The notes beneath the pieces are model-generated. The model was not told the origin of the DNA. It ran no database searches and was given only the letters and a program-made list of their open reading frames with translations. Position numbers and translations under genes: made by a program. A stretch of DNA of 64,000 bases from Lytechinus pictus (Eukaryota): the NCBI RefSeq assembly GCF_037042905.1, contig NC_087249.1:9426001-9490000 (forward strand), read 5' to 3'. Numbering within the stretch: the stretch's first letter is position 1; the number at the start of each line of letters is the position of its first letter. Shown here one piece after another: positions 61,914 through 64,000 of the stretch.

Positions 61914-64000
61914 CTAAAAAAAATAATGTTATGCATGTATGCCAAGATCCTAAATATATGTCTGCAGATTAACGCAAACCAAGATCTATACATGATTGAA
62001 AACTGATCGATTTCCGGACTCTGAACTTCTAAACCAGACATTGTCCATTGTTAATGTTAACCTAAATGTTCAATGTTGATTATTTCTGCTGAAATGTTGA
62101 TTCATACCAGACATCTCATATTTTTAGTCATGTTCTTGTCAGTATTAGTGTATTTGTTATGCAGCAGCAAAAGGTAAATTTCCCGTATAGGGATAATAAG
62201 GTCTTCAATTTAAATAAATTTATTCAATTCAATATAAGGTTAAAGGAACATTCATGCATCATGATGGCATAGACGGTAGACTTTAGTAAATACCTGAAAA
62301 TGCTTTGTTATTATTTTAGCTCGGGGTCATACTGAGGGACATTTGTTTTCGGGAAAAGTGAAAAAAGGTGAAAGATAACCTTTTTATGATTATTATTTGC
62401 ACCAAGATCGTTTGCACCGTAAAAGTTCAAACTCTTCACCTTTAATTAGGTTGATAATATTGATGTCAAGAAAGATTGACATTTCCACCTTCCTTACATG
62501 GTTAATCTCTGCACCATTTTACCTTAGAACTCAAGGTGCACAAAATTAATAATCTTGCTTTTATTGATCAATATCTGACTTATTTGCGTCCAAGTCACTC
62601 GTTACATTTCTACGTAATCTACTTTTATAAAAATCATTATCATCATTATTATTAATTTTTATTGTTGTTATTATCATTTTCTTCTTAAATATGAATTTTA
62701 TGCCGTTGCTGACATCATAATGAATTGGGCGCGGATGCTATAGTCTATATGGAAAAGGTAGAAAAGATGAAGAATTTAGTGGAATAGTCACGAGAGGGGG
62801 CTATACATAGTTTTTGCCAGTCTGTTGATCATGAATGCACAAGCATGACATGCTCTGCTCCGTGAGGATTCAATCATTTTCAACCTACTTTATTTTACGA
62901 CATCGGTATACTAGTTAATCCTGACTTATTTCGATGGAATTGAAAATAAACGCGAATTGAAATACCATGAAATTATCACGCCACCGATCGAGTGATGGAT
63001 AATTACAAAATAAACAATATTTGTCATTTGGCCTACTAGCTAGGTTGAAATTTATTGCAATATTTATTTTATTTATTTCATTTTATTTATTTATTTTTAT
63101 TTTTATTTTTATTATTATTATTATTATTATTTTTTTTTTTTTTGGGGGGGGGGACTGTCGAGCCAAAAAAGACCTTCGACAACAAAAGCAGAGGCCGCAC
63201 ATTGAAGTGTACTGACATTGACCACCCCCATGACAATTATACATAGTAATTTGTATGTATTTAAGATCAGGCTCTCATGCAGCGAGACTTAACCCCGGGG
63301 ACTTAGCTTCATTTTTTAAATTATATTTGTTTCCTACGATATTCCCTTTTGACTTTTCTTAAACAGGTCTAATACTGGCTGAATAAATGGCCTATGACTC
63401 CTTGTGAAAGCACAAAAAAAAAAACTCGACCCATGGAATGGGAGAATCATGGTAACGATCTATTAATGACCAATATTATAACATTATTTTGTTCCCAAAG
63501 ACTTTCATGTCTTAAATACTTTCTTCAAAGAAGTTTGTTTACTACCCGTGGGCCTAAGTACGAATAAGACATGTAAGAGGTGTGATATACATATACGAAA
63601 TATACCGTGGAACAGTCTCTCCATATATATCTAAGAACGATCCTCAGATAGTAGCCAAATTTTTTTTTTTAGGGGGCTATATACCTGGCGTATAGGGAAA
63701 GATTTTAAAGAATGCAAGCAGGCGAATAAAACTTTTGACCCTTTCAATAAAAATAATCTAAATTTATGATACACTAGTATTATGACATACTTTTCAGAAA
63801 ATGATACCACATTTCGCCCCTGTCCCTTTCCTTTTTAATTTATTCCTTATTTTTCTTAGTCGTGAAACTTTTTTTTTTTTTGGGGGGGGCATATGAATCA
63901 AGCTCTAGGCTTATGTTGTCGCATTTCGTATTACAGTATACTTTTACATATTATCTATGTAATCTCATACATGGTATTCATAATTCCATTGTGAAATAAA

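Overview
Eukaryotic, AT-rich animal DNA. The repeat landscape suggests an echinoderm, probably a sea urchin (inference). One protein-coding gene dominates the window on the minus strand: a K+-dependent Na+/Ca2+ exchanger (NCKX, SLC24A1/2 / Nckx30C clade). It has a candidate CpG-rich promoter and non-coding first exon near 59.2-59.9 kb and a large first coding exon (ATG 55967 to 55098, carrying the alpha-1 repeat). A 33-nt in-frame microexon (28432-28400), absent from the ORF track, is followed by a 103-nt exon (4937-4835) and a 575-nt exon (4101-3527). All four coding exons join in frame (527 codons). The C-terminal alpha-2 half of the gene was not found and probably lies left of position 1. 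The roughly 50 kb of intron is packed with non-autonomous DNA transposons (Harbinger-, hAT-, Kolobok-, Tc1/mariner-, EnSpm- and MULE-like, several nested), tRNA-derived SINEs, LINE tails, a decayed Penelope-type hammerhead ribozyme motif and many short regulatory-looking blocks with recurrent RFX X-boxes. No CRISPR array or prokaryotic system is present. Most ORFs in the track are spurious. I cannot establish a new biological system from sequence alone. The best leads are the microexon, the X-box cluster, a 1.7-kb hairpin-ended element carrying a Pol III-like unit, a candidate recursive splice site and an excess of TA-NN-N'N'-TA palindromes. Coordinates and counts were read by eye.
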